Below are positions 16,206 to 24,822 of a DNA stretch of 32,000 bases, piece by piece (position 1 is the first letter of the stretch; each line of letters opens with the position of its first letter). The position numbers and the translations under genes are program-made. Below the pieces are notes generated by a model, which was not told where the DNA came from, ran no database searches, and saw nothing but the letters and a program-made list of their open reading frames with translations. Source of the stretch: Candidatus Thorarchaeota archaeon (lineage in GTDB: Archaea > Asgardarchaeota > Thorarchaeia > Thorarchaeales > Thorarchaeaceae); assembly GCA_008080745.1 (NCBI GenBank), contig SHMX01000009.1, forward strand, positions 30,001-62,000, in the 5' to 3' direction.

Positions 16206-16808
16206 TTGGTGGTATTTCCTATGGAAAAAATAAGTTCGAGCACAAAGAATTCAACAGTCTACATTGCCTTATTAGCAATATTTACTGCCCTTACTGCGGT
16301 CATAACTGCAGTAGTTGCAATCCCTTTTCCTACAACATCCGGATATCTTAATATTGGAGATATGATGGTCATGTTGAGTGGAATGCTTCTCGGTCCTGTT
16401 GGTGGATTGATTGCTGGAGGAGTGGGTTCAGGCATGGCTGATGTTGCTTTGGGATATTTGCCCTTTGCCCCAATTACGCTGATAGTAAAGGGGTTTGAGG
16501 GTTTCATTGTTGGATTGTTTAGTCTAAAATCGAAAAAGGCACAAAACCTCACAAGAATGGATGCAATTGGAATCGTCCTAGCCGCAATAGCAATGCTCCT
16601 AGGATACTTTGTATTTGAGAGTATATTATTCGGGCCAGTTGCAGCTTGGGAGGAGTTAGTTAGTATCAACTGGATTCAAGTTACTGTTGGCGGAATATTT
16701 ACAGGATTATTTGGTCCGAAGATTCGTTCATATTTGCATAATGCCTCAGTAACATTGGCAGAACCAGGCGAATATGAAGAGCTAGAACTTTCAGAAATCG
16801 ACGCTTGA
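16206..16808 (+). CDS. ECF transporter S component (family containing PdxU2/HmpT-like B6 transporters)
   Basis: GYLNIGD...LLGPVGGLIAGGVGSGMADVALGY..FAPITLIVKGFEG signature; ~5-6 TM; alternative ATG at 16221. Confidence 0.82.
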   Translation: MVVFPMEKISSSTKNSTVYIALLAIFTALTAVITAVVAIPFPTTSGYLNIGDMMVMLSGMLLGPVGGLIAGGVGSGMADVALGYLPFAPITLIVKGFEGFIVGLFSLKSKKAQNLTRMDAIGIVLAAIAMLLGYFVFESILFGPVAAWEELVSINWIQVTVGGIFTGLFGPKIRSYLHNASVTLAEPGEYEELELSEIDA

Positions 16809-16965
16809 AAACTGAATCGTTTTAGATATCGGAATTTGCAGTTTTCAAGATACTTCTGGAATGAAGATAGAAAACGAATATGTTCTTTCAGAATCGTTTT
16901 TTAATAATCAAGTATTGGACTATCTTGGCTTACTATCAGAGTCGAATTGATTGGAAGGTCTTGAA

Positions 16966-18243
16966 ATGGACAGAGAAAAGTTACGAATTGATGCCAAACA
17001 ACTCGAAGCCATAAACGATTTTCTCCTGAATGAAGATAATCCTTTGATTACTGATTTATTGGAGGTAATTGAAAAGTATGGTGGTGTTGATGAAATTAAT
17101 GGAAAAGCCGAGAAAGCAAGAAAGTTAGAGAATCTCCTAGCTATGTTAGAAGAGAAGGATTCTCCCTATTTAGAGGATCTTAGATGGCTTCAAGAACAAC
17201 GTGACAATGGTGCTTTCATTAGTATTTCCGATTATAGACGAAATGTTCTGGGCGATAAAGCTGACTCGGTGGAATTTGATGAAAGTTTTGCAGTCACCCT
17301 TGAGATTAGCGCCTGTCAATATTTCCCATGGCTCATTGAACAAGCTAAACAGGCAATTGAAAATCAAGAACTTATGCCTGCCCGCTTTATCCGCGTTAGA
17401 AAGATGAAGGAACAAACAGAAGATGATGATATTATTGCTTTTGCTGCTGCTATGCAGATTTTAGGAGCTTCATATGTCGAAACTTTGGATACAAAAGGTA
17501 CGGCCCCTGGACCTGATGGGGCACCTGTGAACATTCACCTCGGTGGTCCTGAGACCATCACTGGTTATTTTGGTGGAGTTGGTATGCCAAATGATTTTGT
17601 CATCAGGTGGGCAGATGAATTCCTTCACTACTATACCACTTATGGTGTAAAACAGGTTTTGAATATCAACCCTGGTAGTGTCCTTATCGGGTATATGATG
17701 CACAAAATGGGCATCGATATAGAGTTCAAAATATCGGTCTATATGGGAAATGATAATCCTTATGCATGTCTGTGGACTCTACTAACTGCCAAGTTATTCA
17801 GTCGTCCTGATGGAACCACATCTCTGATTGGTTTCAACCTATCTAACAGTGTTGACAATACCACTATTGAACTTGCATCCTTCATTCGGGGTGAGTTTGG
17901 TTTTGAAGATGTAGTACGACTAGAACATCATATCACTGAAACCTACAAGTCCATTGTCAGACAGCCATATGATAGGACCGAAGAACTCGTGGAGCTTGCG
18001 GATCATGTTAAGAACATAAGTGCCAAACACGAGGGTGGCATTCCTGAAATTGATGTCACACGTGAGCATCCAAGTGATATTCTCGATTACTTCCGTGATA
18101 AGAGTGAAATTGTAGAGTCTGGTGATATGCCTAAGATGCTGCGAAACTATCTTGACAAGCATCATGCTCTCAATCGCACTGCAGAAGAGTTGACAAAGAA
18201 AGGTCTTACCTTTATCGCAGCTCCAAAGCTGCACAAGAAATAG
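16966..18243 (+). CDS. Conserved-looking soluble hypothetical protein (possible enzyme)
   Basis: Long clean ORF; ATG 16966 with GAAGGT upstream; Gly/His-rich motifs HLGGPETITGYFGGVG, EHHITETY, KHEGG. No family recognised. Confidence 0.8.
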   Translation: MDREKLRIDAKQLEAINDFLLNEDNPLITDLLEVIEKYGGVDEINGKAEKARKLENLLAMLEEKDSPYLEDLRWLQEQRDNGAFISISDYRRNVLGDKADSVEFDESFAVTLEISACQYFPWLIEQAKQAIENQELMPARFIRVRKMKEQTEDDDIIAFAAAMQILGASYVETLDTKGTAPGPDGAPVNIHLGGPETITGYFGGVGMPNDFVIRWADEFLHYYTTYGVKQVLNINPGSVLIGYMMHKMGIDIEFKISVYMGNDNPYACLWTLLTAKLFSRPDGTTSLIGFNLSNSVDNTTIELASFIRGEFGFEDVVRLEHHITETYKSIVRQPYDRTEELVELADHVKNISAKHEGGIPEIDVTREHPSDILDYFRDKSEIVESGDMPKMLRNYLDKHHALNRTAEELTKKGLTFIAAPKLHKK

Positions 18244-18276
18244 TATTGGTTAGAAGTAAGGGCAAACGCCCTTACT

Positions 18277-18747
18277 TTACATATCTGGTTGGAATATATC
18301 ATCATACATTTGTTGTAGACGATCTTTGTGTTTTTGTTCTTCCTCTGCCAATGTTTCAAAGATAGTTCTGTGTTCTGCTACACTGGTCAATTCGGATAAT
18401 GCTTTGTAGAAGTTATATGCTCCTTCTTCACGTTTGATTGCTACTACAAGGATATCTTGGGGCGAAGAGTCTGGTTTCAGTGGGACATCAACCAGATATT
18501 TTCCTAAATCCAATTTATCCAGCTCTTCTTCCGTCTTACACTCAAAGGTATCACAGACCCCCTCACTTAGGGCCTTCTCAAGCTTTTCTTTGTGAGTTAC
18601 TTCTTGATGTGCTAAATCTTCAAGTAGTTTTGCAGATGAGGAGAGAGTCGCCTCTTCTGCGGCGTTTTTGTAGAATTCGTAAGCCTCTTCCTCCCTCTGA
18701 ATTGCAAGGGAGATTAACCTCTCAAATGATTTCTGAACTTCTGTCAA
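18277..18747 (-). CDS. Rubrerythrin/ferritin-like di-iron protein without a rubredoxin domain
   Basis: Duplicated motifs REEEAYEFY...EVTH and REEGAYNFY...EEQKH; TTG start. Confidence 0.85.
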   Translation of the reverse strand: MTEVQKSFERLISLAIQREEEAYEFYKNAAEEATLSSSAKLLEDLAHQEVTHKEKLEKALSEGVCDTFECKTEEELDKLDLGKYLVDVPLKPDSSPQDILVVAIKREEGAYNFYKALSELTSVAEHRTIFETLAEEEQKHKDRLQQMYDDIFQPDM

Positions 18748-18798
18748 TGGCTATAACCCATTGGCTTTTCGGCTAAGTCTGTTTTAAGGATGATGTTT

Positions 18799-19965
18799 CT
18801 AGGAGCTTAACATCGATACTATCTCGTTATGACCATTAATTTCTGCATAATTAATTGCTTGTTTTTCAGAATTGTCATATAGTTCAGCTATTGCACCATT
18901 GTCCAGCAGAATTCTGACTATCTCAACATGACCTCTCTGTGCTGCAATCATAAGCGCTGTAGCTCCCGTATTCGATTGTCTGTTTACATCCACTCCTCGT
19001 TTGAGTAAAAAGATTACAAAATCTGTTAGCCCTCCTTCTGCAGCTGACATAAGAGTGGTGTATCCGTCGTTTCTTGTTATGTGAATATTTGCACCATTTT
19101 CTAACAATGTGTCAACAATCTCTTGGTTACCACTTGAAGCGGCTGTCATGAGATTGGTCTGGCCCGAATTTAATTGTATATTCACCTTTGCTCCATTCTC
19201 AATAAGAATTTGAACGATTTCTTTCTCTCCTTTTTGTGATGCTAGGGTGAGTGCTGTCCATCCTGTTCCATATTGTGTGTTAACTTCAGCTCCTGCTTCA
19301 ATGATGACTCGAACTATTTCAGGTTCCTTTTTCTCAACTGCAATTACCAAGAGGCTGTATCCATTCTGATCCTTCCAATTTGGGTCTGCATCGTATTCTA
19401 AGAGTGTTTTCACCACTTCGTTATTTCTGGATTCTACTGCATATCTCAGAGCATTCCAGCCATCTGGTTGTTCACGCTTAATTTCCACTTCATGTACTTC
19501 TACAAGCTCACGAACTAGCTCGACCACGCCTCCCTGTGCAGCTGCCATCAATACGGTGTACCCATCATTTCTCACATATTTTGGATCTGCACCCCTCTTA
19601 ATTAGAATCTGTGCAATTTCGAGGTTTCCTTTTGCTGCTGCAAGTTGGAGTATTGATTGGCCGTTGTTTGTTTGACCCGTAACATCTGCTCCCTCCTGAA
19701 TTAAAAATCTAGCAATATCTTGATGCCCCTCATGGATAGCAACCATCAGAGGACTCCAGCCGGTTTCATCCTTGTCATCTAAATTTGCTCCTGCAACTAT
19801 CAGTTTCTTGACAATTTGTAGCGATCCTTGTGTGGCAGCATAAAGAATAGCTGCCCGTCCCATATGGTCTCGAAAATTGGGATTTGCTCCATTGTTTAGC
19901 ATCTCTTGAACGTCGTCTTGGTTTCCAGCAATCACTGCATTGATGAGAAGTGTAGAGTCAATCAT
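18799..19965 (-). CDS. Ankyrin repeat protein (~12 repeats including caps)
   Basis: Repeated G-x-T/S-x-L-x-x-A...G...IV..LL..GA.vn units of ~33 aa; ATG 19965 with an AGGAGAGG RBS (ORF track starts at 20013). Confidence 0.93.
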   Translation of the reverse strand: MIDSTLLINAVIAGNQDDVQEMLNNGANPNFRDHMGRAAILYAATQGSLQIVKKLIVAGANLDDKDETGWSPLMVAIHEGHQDIARFLIQEGADVTGQTNNGQSILQLAAAKGNLEIAQILIKRGADPKYVRNDGYTVLMAAAQGGVVELVRELVEVHEVEIKREQPDGWNALRYAVESRNNEVVKTLLEYDADPNWKDQNGYSLLVIAVEKKEPEIVRVIIEAGAEVNTQYGTGWTALTLASQKGEKEIVQILIENGAKVNIQLNSGQTNLMTAASSGNQEIVDTLLENGANIHITRNDGYTTLMSAAEGGLTDFVIFLLKRGVDVNRQSNTGATALMIAAQRGHVEIVRILLDNGAIAELYDNSEKQAINYAEINGHNEIVSMLSS

Positions 19966-20055
19966 TCTGACCTCTCCTTTGTAAAGAATGGAATATTTTT
20001 GAGTAGAAGCCAACCTTTTTGATGTCTATGTTATGGACCTTGAAGTGGGATTAAC

Positions 20056-20511
20056 ATGGAAACGGCAAATGGGAACACATTGAACTGTGCTGAAAGTGTT
20101 ATTGTAAGAGTCGATAGGAATTATCCTCTATCGGCACTCAATGACTCTGTTATGCGAATCGCCTCAATGTGTGGAGGTGGAATATGTGGAAGTGGCCAAA
20201 TCTGTGGTGCTGCCAATGGGGCAACGATTTGTTTAGGTTTGGCTCTAGGCACCGATGGCACGGAGGAATCGGACTTGTTCAAAGAACGTAGGGCCTTTGC
20301 AAGAAATATCGGAAATCAGTTTCTTCAGGAGTTTGTCGAGGCATGGGGTACTACTGATTGTCGGCATCTCAAAGCTATGGATAGTGGGGCGATGAATCCT
20401 GCAGGAACATTACGGATACAACAAGAACCTGTCAGGGATCGGTGTGACGAGTACGTCCAATGGTCTGCGGAAAAGATAGTGGAAATTCTTTCCAAGATTA
20501 AAGAAGAATAA
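20056..20511 (+). CDS. C-GCAxxG-C-C family putative redox/metal-binding protein
   Basis: NCAESV, GQICGAANG, TTDCRHL, RCDEYV. Confidence 0.85.
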   Translation: METANGNTLNCAESVIVRVDRNYPLSALNDSVMRIASMCGGGICGSGQICGAANGATICLGLALGTDGTEESDLFKERRAFARNIGNQFLQEFVEAWGTTDCRHLKAMDSGAMNPAGTLRIQQEPVRDRCDEYVQWSAEKIVEILSKIKEE

Positions 20512-20595
20512 AGACACAATTCTCCCTTAATAATCGAAGTTTGCCCCATTCAAAGTCTTTTATAATTAACAATAATTAATACGGGGTGGGGACAT

Positions 20596-21375
20596 ATGTA
20601 CATGACACCACTACTCGAAATCCAAGATCTCAAAGTTAGTATTGATGGGTCTCAAATTCTAAATGGGGTAAGCCTTCAATTCGAAGCTGGCAAGGTATAT
20701 GCTGTCCTTGGACCCAATGCCTCAGGAAAATCAACTTTGGCAAAGGCCATAATGGGACTTCCCGAGTTCAATATTACTAGTGGAGATATTCTTTACAATG
20801 GCGAGTCCATTCTTGACGATAATATTACTGAGCGAGCTAACATGGGTATTGCATACGCATTTCAAATCCCTCCTGCTATTCCCGGGGTAAGATTTGATGA
20901 CTTTATTTGTCGAATATGTCCAGAATACCAGTGCAAAGAACCCGAGGGGCATTTTATGGGGAAAGCGTGCTCTTGTAGAATGGAATTATACGATGATTTT
21001 GAACGATTGGGAATTTCTAATCTAGCATACCGTGATCTAAATGAAGGTTTTTCTGGAGGCGAACAAAAAAGATCTGAGTTGTTTCAGGTACTAGCTATGC
21101 AACCCCAAATCATGTTTCTGGATGAGCCCGACAGTGGGTTAGATTATGACTCACTGAAACTGGTTGGTCGTGAATTGAAATCCATTCGTGAAAAGGGAAC
21201 CACCACCATGGTTGTGATTAGCCATCACCGATACATACTTGAGTTCCTAGAAGTTGATGTAGTCTATATTTTGCAGGGTGGTAGATTGGTTTATACTGGT
21301 GACATGGAGGATATTCCCGTATTGGCTGAGAAGGGCTATGAACGATTTCTCTCCGAAATGAAGGAGGCTGCATAG
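20596..21375 (+). CDS. sufC: SufC-like ABC ATPase of the minimal SUF (SmsC) system
   Basis: Walker A GPNASGKST, AFQIPP, NEGFSGGEQKR, FLDEPDSGLD; adjacent to a SufBD-family gene. Confidence 0.9.
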   Translation: MYMTPLLEIQDLKVSIDGSQILNGVSLQFEAGKVYAVLGPNASGKSTLAKAIMGLPEFNITSGDILYNGESILDDNITERANMGIAYAFQIPPAIPGVRFDDFICRICPEYQCKEPEGHFMGKACSCRMELYDDFERLGISNLAYRDLNEGFSGGEQKRSELFQVLAMQPQIMFLDEPDSGLDYDSLKLVGRELKSIREKGTTTMVVISHHRYILEFLEVDVVYILQGGRLVYTGDMEDIPVLAEKGYERFLSEMKEAA

Positions 21376-21378
21376 AGG

Positions 21379-22602
21379 ATGACATCATCAGAACGTAAAG
21401 AACAAGCAGAAGCAGCAAAAGATCGAAAAGCAACGTATGGGGCTGATATTGACCTTGATGAGTATCAATTCGGTGGTAATCCACAAAAAATGGCGGCTGA
21501 CCAGATATCTGAGGATGATAAAGATCTGGTGGAAGAGGTAGGATTCCGTACCGATCAGAAGGGTGTATCTGGCTCTTTTGCACAATTTGATAATGAAAGC
21601 ATTCTTGCCGATGTACTGATGAGCCAAGAAGGGCTAGAAGTTATGCCCATTTCTCAAGCTCTTACGAAATATGATTGGTTATCAGACTACTTATGGAACG
21701 CAGTTTCGGTAGATACAGACAAATATACTGCTAGGAGTGAACTTGAATCCTACGATGGCTACTTCATTAGGGCTTTGCCTGGTCAAAAGATTAGGATGCC
21801 CGTTCAAACTTGTCTTGTTATGAAGAAGAAGCAATTTGCACAAAACGTCCATAACATTCTCATTGCTGAAGAAGGTTCCGAATTACATATTGTGACTGGA
21901 TGTGCTACCCCCTCCACTGTAGAGCAGTCTCTTCATCTGGGAGTGTCAGAGTTTTATGTGAAAAAGGACGCCCGAATGACTTTTACCATGGTACACAAAT
22001 GGAATGAGGCTGTTGATGTCCGACCGCGTTCTGCTGCCATAGTTCAAGAAAATGGCGTGTTCGTTTCTAGTTATGCTATATTAAGTCCCATCAAATCCAT
22101 TCAGACCTATCCAAAAGTTAGATTGGTTGGAAAGAACGCTCGAGCTGAGCTATACTCAGTTGTTTACGGTACAAAGGATTCTGTTTATGATATTGGTGGT
22201 TCTCTTATGTTAGAGGCTGAGGGCAGTAGCGGAAAGGTGATTTCCAGAACTATTGCTACAGAAAACTCCGAGATTATCGCAAGAGGCGATTTACAGGGAC
22301 GGGTCGCAGGAGTGAAAGCTCGACTTGAATGTAATGGACTTTTGCTAAGCAAGTCTGCAAAAATTGTAGCTGTACCCGTTCTTGACGCATCTGCAGAAGG
22401 GGTAGAACTCAGTCATGAAGCCACCGTTGGAAAAGTAGGTGCTGATCAGCTGAATTATCTTATGAGTCGAGGTCTAACCGAAGATGAAGCAACTTCCCTA
22501 ATTGTCCGAGGCTTCATTAAATTACAGGCTCCTGATTTACCTCCCGCACTTCAAAGGACGATTGATGAAGCTGTACAACTAACATTGGAACAAGGTCTCT
22601 GA
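21379..22602 (+). CDS. sufB: SufB/SufD-family scaffold protein (SmsB type)
   Basis: QNVHNILIAEEGS, TGCAT, LECNGLLL (Cys), ELSHEATVGK (His/Glu), YLMSRGLTEDEATSLIVRGF. Confidence 0.9.
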   Translation: MTSSERKEQAEAAKDRKATYGADIDLDEYQFGGNPQKMAADQISEDDKDLVEEVGFRTDQKGVSGSFAQFDNESILADVLMSQEGLEVMPISQALTKYDWLSDYLWNAVSVDTDKYTARSELESYDGYFIRALPGQKIRMPVQTCLVMKKKQFAQNVHNILIAEEGSELHIVTGCATPSTVEQSLHLGVSEFYVKKDARMTFTMVHKWNEAVDVRPRSAAIVQENGVFVSSYAILSPIKSIQTYPKVRLVGKNARAELYSVVYGTKDSVYDIGGSLMLEAEGSSGKVISRTIATENSEIIARGDLQGRVAGVKARLECNGLLLSKSAKIVAVPVLDASAEGVELSHEATVGKVGADQLNYLMSRGLTEDEATSLIVRGFIKLQAPDLPPALQRTIDEAVQLTLEQGL

Positions 22603-22743
22603 TTCCCCTTGTTCTGTTGTTCAGTTATCACATTTGTCTACATACTCTCTATTCAGTACCTGTATTGATGGAGAAACTAGTGCAATCGTGTGAAGTATGT
22701 ATCAATCTGGTGTAAGCAAAAAGAAGACTGGAGTAAGAGGTTC

Positions 22744-24042
22744 TTACTCTTCTTCTTTGGGAACTATCTCTTTCATGCCTGCTGGAAGGAATTTATGGAG
22801 TGCTTTTGGAATCTCTATTGAACCATCTTCCCTCTGATAGTTCTCCATAATCGCCACAATAGTTCTGGGGTTCGCCATCATTGTATTATTTAGAGTATGA
22901 AGATAATCCTTTTCAGTTCCACCTTTTTCTATTCGATATTTTATGCCCAGTCGTACAGCTTGATATGATGTACAATTACTACAAGATCCTACCTCTCTAT
23001 ATCGTTCCTGCCCAGGGAACCACGCTTCCAAATCGTATTTCTTTGAAGCAACTATTCCAATATCGCCTGTACAAACATTCACTACCCGATATGGTATTTT
23101 TAGAGCTTGGAAAAACTCCTCCTCGTTTTTAAGCAGTTCTTCATGAATCTTCCAAGAATCATCCGGATGGCTAAACACGAATTGTTCAACCTTGTTGAAT
23201 TGATGTACTCGGAATATTCCTTTGGTGTCTTTGCCGTGACTTCCTGCTTCTTTTCTAAAACAAGCACTAACACCTGCTAGTTTGATTGGTAACTCGGTAG
23301 GTTCGAATATCTCTCCCATATACATTGCGGCCATCGGGTGCTCTGCTGTAGCAATTAGATATAGGTCCTCGTCTTCAATTTTATACATAACATCTCCAAA
23401 ATCTGCAAGGTCCGTCACCCCCTCATAGGGCTCTCTTCGCATCATAAATGGGGGGTAAATCGGTGTGTAGCCCTTTTTTACAAGTATCTGCAATGCCATT
23501 TGCTGCATAGCAAGATCCACCAGTACTAGTTCATTCTTTAGATAATAGAATCTTGAACCTGCAATTCTTGCAGCTCTTGGTATATCTGCAATGTCAAGTG
23601 GTTCTAAAAGATCAACATGACTCTGGATGTCGAAGTCAAAGGTTGGTCTTCCTCCCCATTCCCTAACCACTACATTGTCCTCTTCGTCCTCGCCATAAGG
23701 AACACTCTCATGGAGCAGATTTGGAATACTCATCTGAATCTCTAAGAGTTCGTTTTCCAGTTTCTCAGCTTCATCTTCTGTTAGTTTGATATCTTCATTT
23801 ACTTTGTTAACCCTGTCAATTATCGATGATGCATCTCCTCCTGACTTCTTGATCTTGCCAACCTCTCTTGAGAGTTTATTTCTCTGTGTTCTCAAATCTT
23901 GAATCTCTCTTTTTAGTGCCCTAACTCTTTCATCCAAGTCAAGTAGTCTTTCAAAGTCTTCAAGTTTGGCAAAATCTCTTCTTTTTCTCAGATCCTTTTT
24001 AATCATGTCTGGATATTCACGAATGAATTTGATGTGTATCAT
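22744..24042 (-). CDS. serS: Seryl-tRNA synthetase (bacterial/standard type)
   Basis: N-terminal coiled coil; LIATAEHP, CFRKEAG..G.DTKGIFRVHQFNKVEQF, EVGSCSNC, HTLNNT. Confidence 0.97.
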   Translation of the reverse strand: MIHIKFIREYPDMIKKDLRKRRDFAKLEDFERLLDLDERVRALKREIQDLRTQRNKLSREVGKIKKSGGDASSIIDRVNKVNEDIKLTEDEAEKLENELLEIQMSIPNLLHESVPYGEDEEDNVVVREWGGRPTFDFDIQSHVDLLEPLDIADIPRAARIAGSRFYYLKNELVLVDLAMQQMALQILVKKGYTPIYPPFMMRREPYEGVTDLADFGDVMYKIEDEDLYLIATAEHPMAAMYMGEIFEPTELPIKLAGVSACFRKEAGSHGKDTKGIFRVHQFNKVEQFVFSHPDDSWKIHEELLKNEEEFFQALKIPYRVVNVCTGDIGIVASKKYDLEAWFPGQERYREVGSCSNCTSYQAVRLGIKYRIEKGGTEKDYLHTLNNTMMANPRTIVAIMENYQREDGSIEIPKALHKFLPAGMKEIVPKEEE

Positions 24043-24126
24043 CAGATAATCTCCTTTGGATTATTCTATCAAGAGGTATGTATTGTGAGAAATCAAGTCC
24101 CTTTTCAGTTTCACGTCTTGACTATA

Positions 24127-24765
24127 TTATTGAATCTTTGCAGAGGGACAGAGATGATTTACAGTACAATTTTTACAGTCTGGAGACCGAGCATGACATG
24201 TCTGTCTACCATGGGCCCCCATTAGTCTAGCATATTCATACCATTGGTTTTTTGCTATCAGATCCATCAGATCTTGTTCTATTTTTTTTGGATATTTTTC
24301 TTGAGTGAAACCGAGTCTTTGAGATACTCTCTTGACATGTGTATCCACTACTATCCCCTCCTGGATATCAAATGCTACGGAGAGTACAACATTAGCAGTC
24401 TTTCTGGATACGCCTTTCAATTTCACCAAATCAGTCATATTACGTGGAATCTCTCCGTTGAATTCCTCCACGATGGTTTTTGCACTACTTATGATGTATT
24501 CGGATTTTCGATTGTATGTCCCACAAGGTCTAATCAGCTCGATAACATCATTTTTAGATGCATTCATGAGGTCTTTAGGTGTTGGATATCTCTCGAAAAG
24601 TTTTGGTGTTATTTTGTTAACACAGGCATCTGCAGTGTGAGCAGATAATATTGTAGCTATCGTTAACTGGTAAGGGTTATCCCATCTAAGATATGTTTTA
24701 GGCGCATCTGGATATGTGCTATCAAGAATTTGTATAACTTTTTGAACTCGCTTCTCATCATCCAT
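24127..24765 (-). CDS. nth: Endonuclease III
   Basis: HhH LKGVSRKTANVVL (catalytic Lys), VDTHV (Asp), and C-x6-C-x2-C-x5-C 4Fe-4S motif. Confidence 0.95.
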   Translation of the reverse strand: MDDEKRVQKVIQILDSTYPDAPKTYLRWDNPYQLTIATILSAHTADACVNKITPKLFERYPTPKDLMNASKNDVIELIRPCGTYNRKSEYIISSAKTIVEEFNGEIPRNMTDLVKLKGVSRKTANVVLSVAFDIQEGIVVDTHVKRVSQRLGFTQEKYPKKIEQDLMDLIAKNQWYEYARLMGAHGRQTCHARSPDCKNCTVNHLCPSAKIQ

Positions 24766-24822
24766 TACAATCTCTCAGCCTACGTTTAGGTGATGTAACG
24801 GTTTATTGAATACCATGATAAA

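Noticed and set aside
22640-22700. Foldable segment between smsB and serS as an ncRNA or SECIS
   Set aside because: Only a 7-bp closing stem and a weak inner stem with G-U pairs, within chance for AT-rich DNA.
22744-24042. Proximity of serS to the UGA ORF as support for selenocysteine
   Set aside because: SerRS is universal, and it is separated from that ORF by nth and an MFS gene, so the proximity is uninformative.
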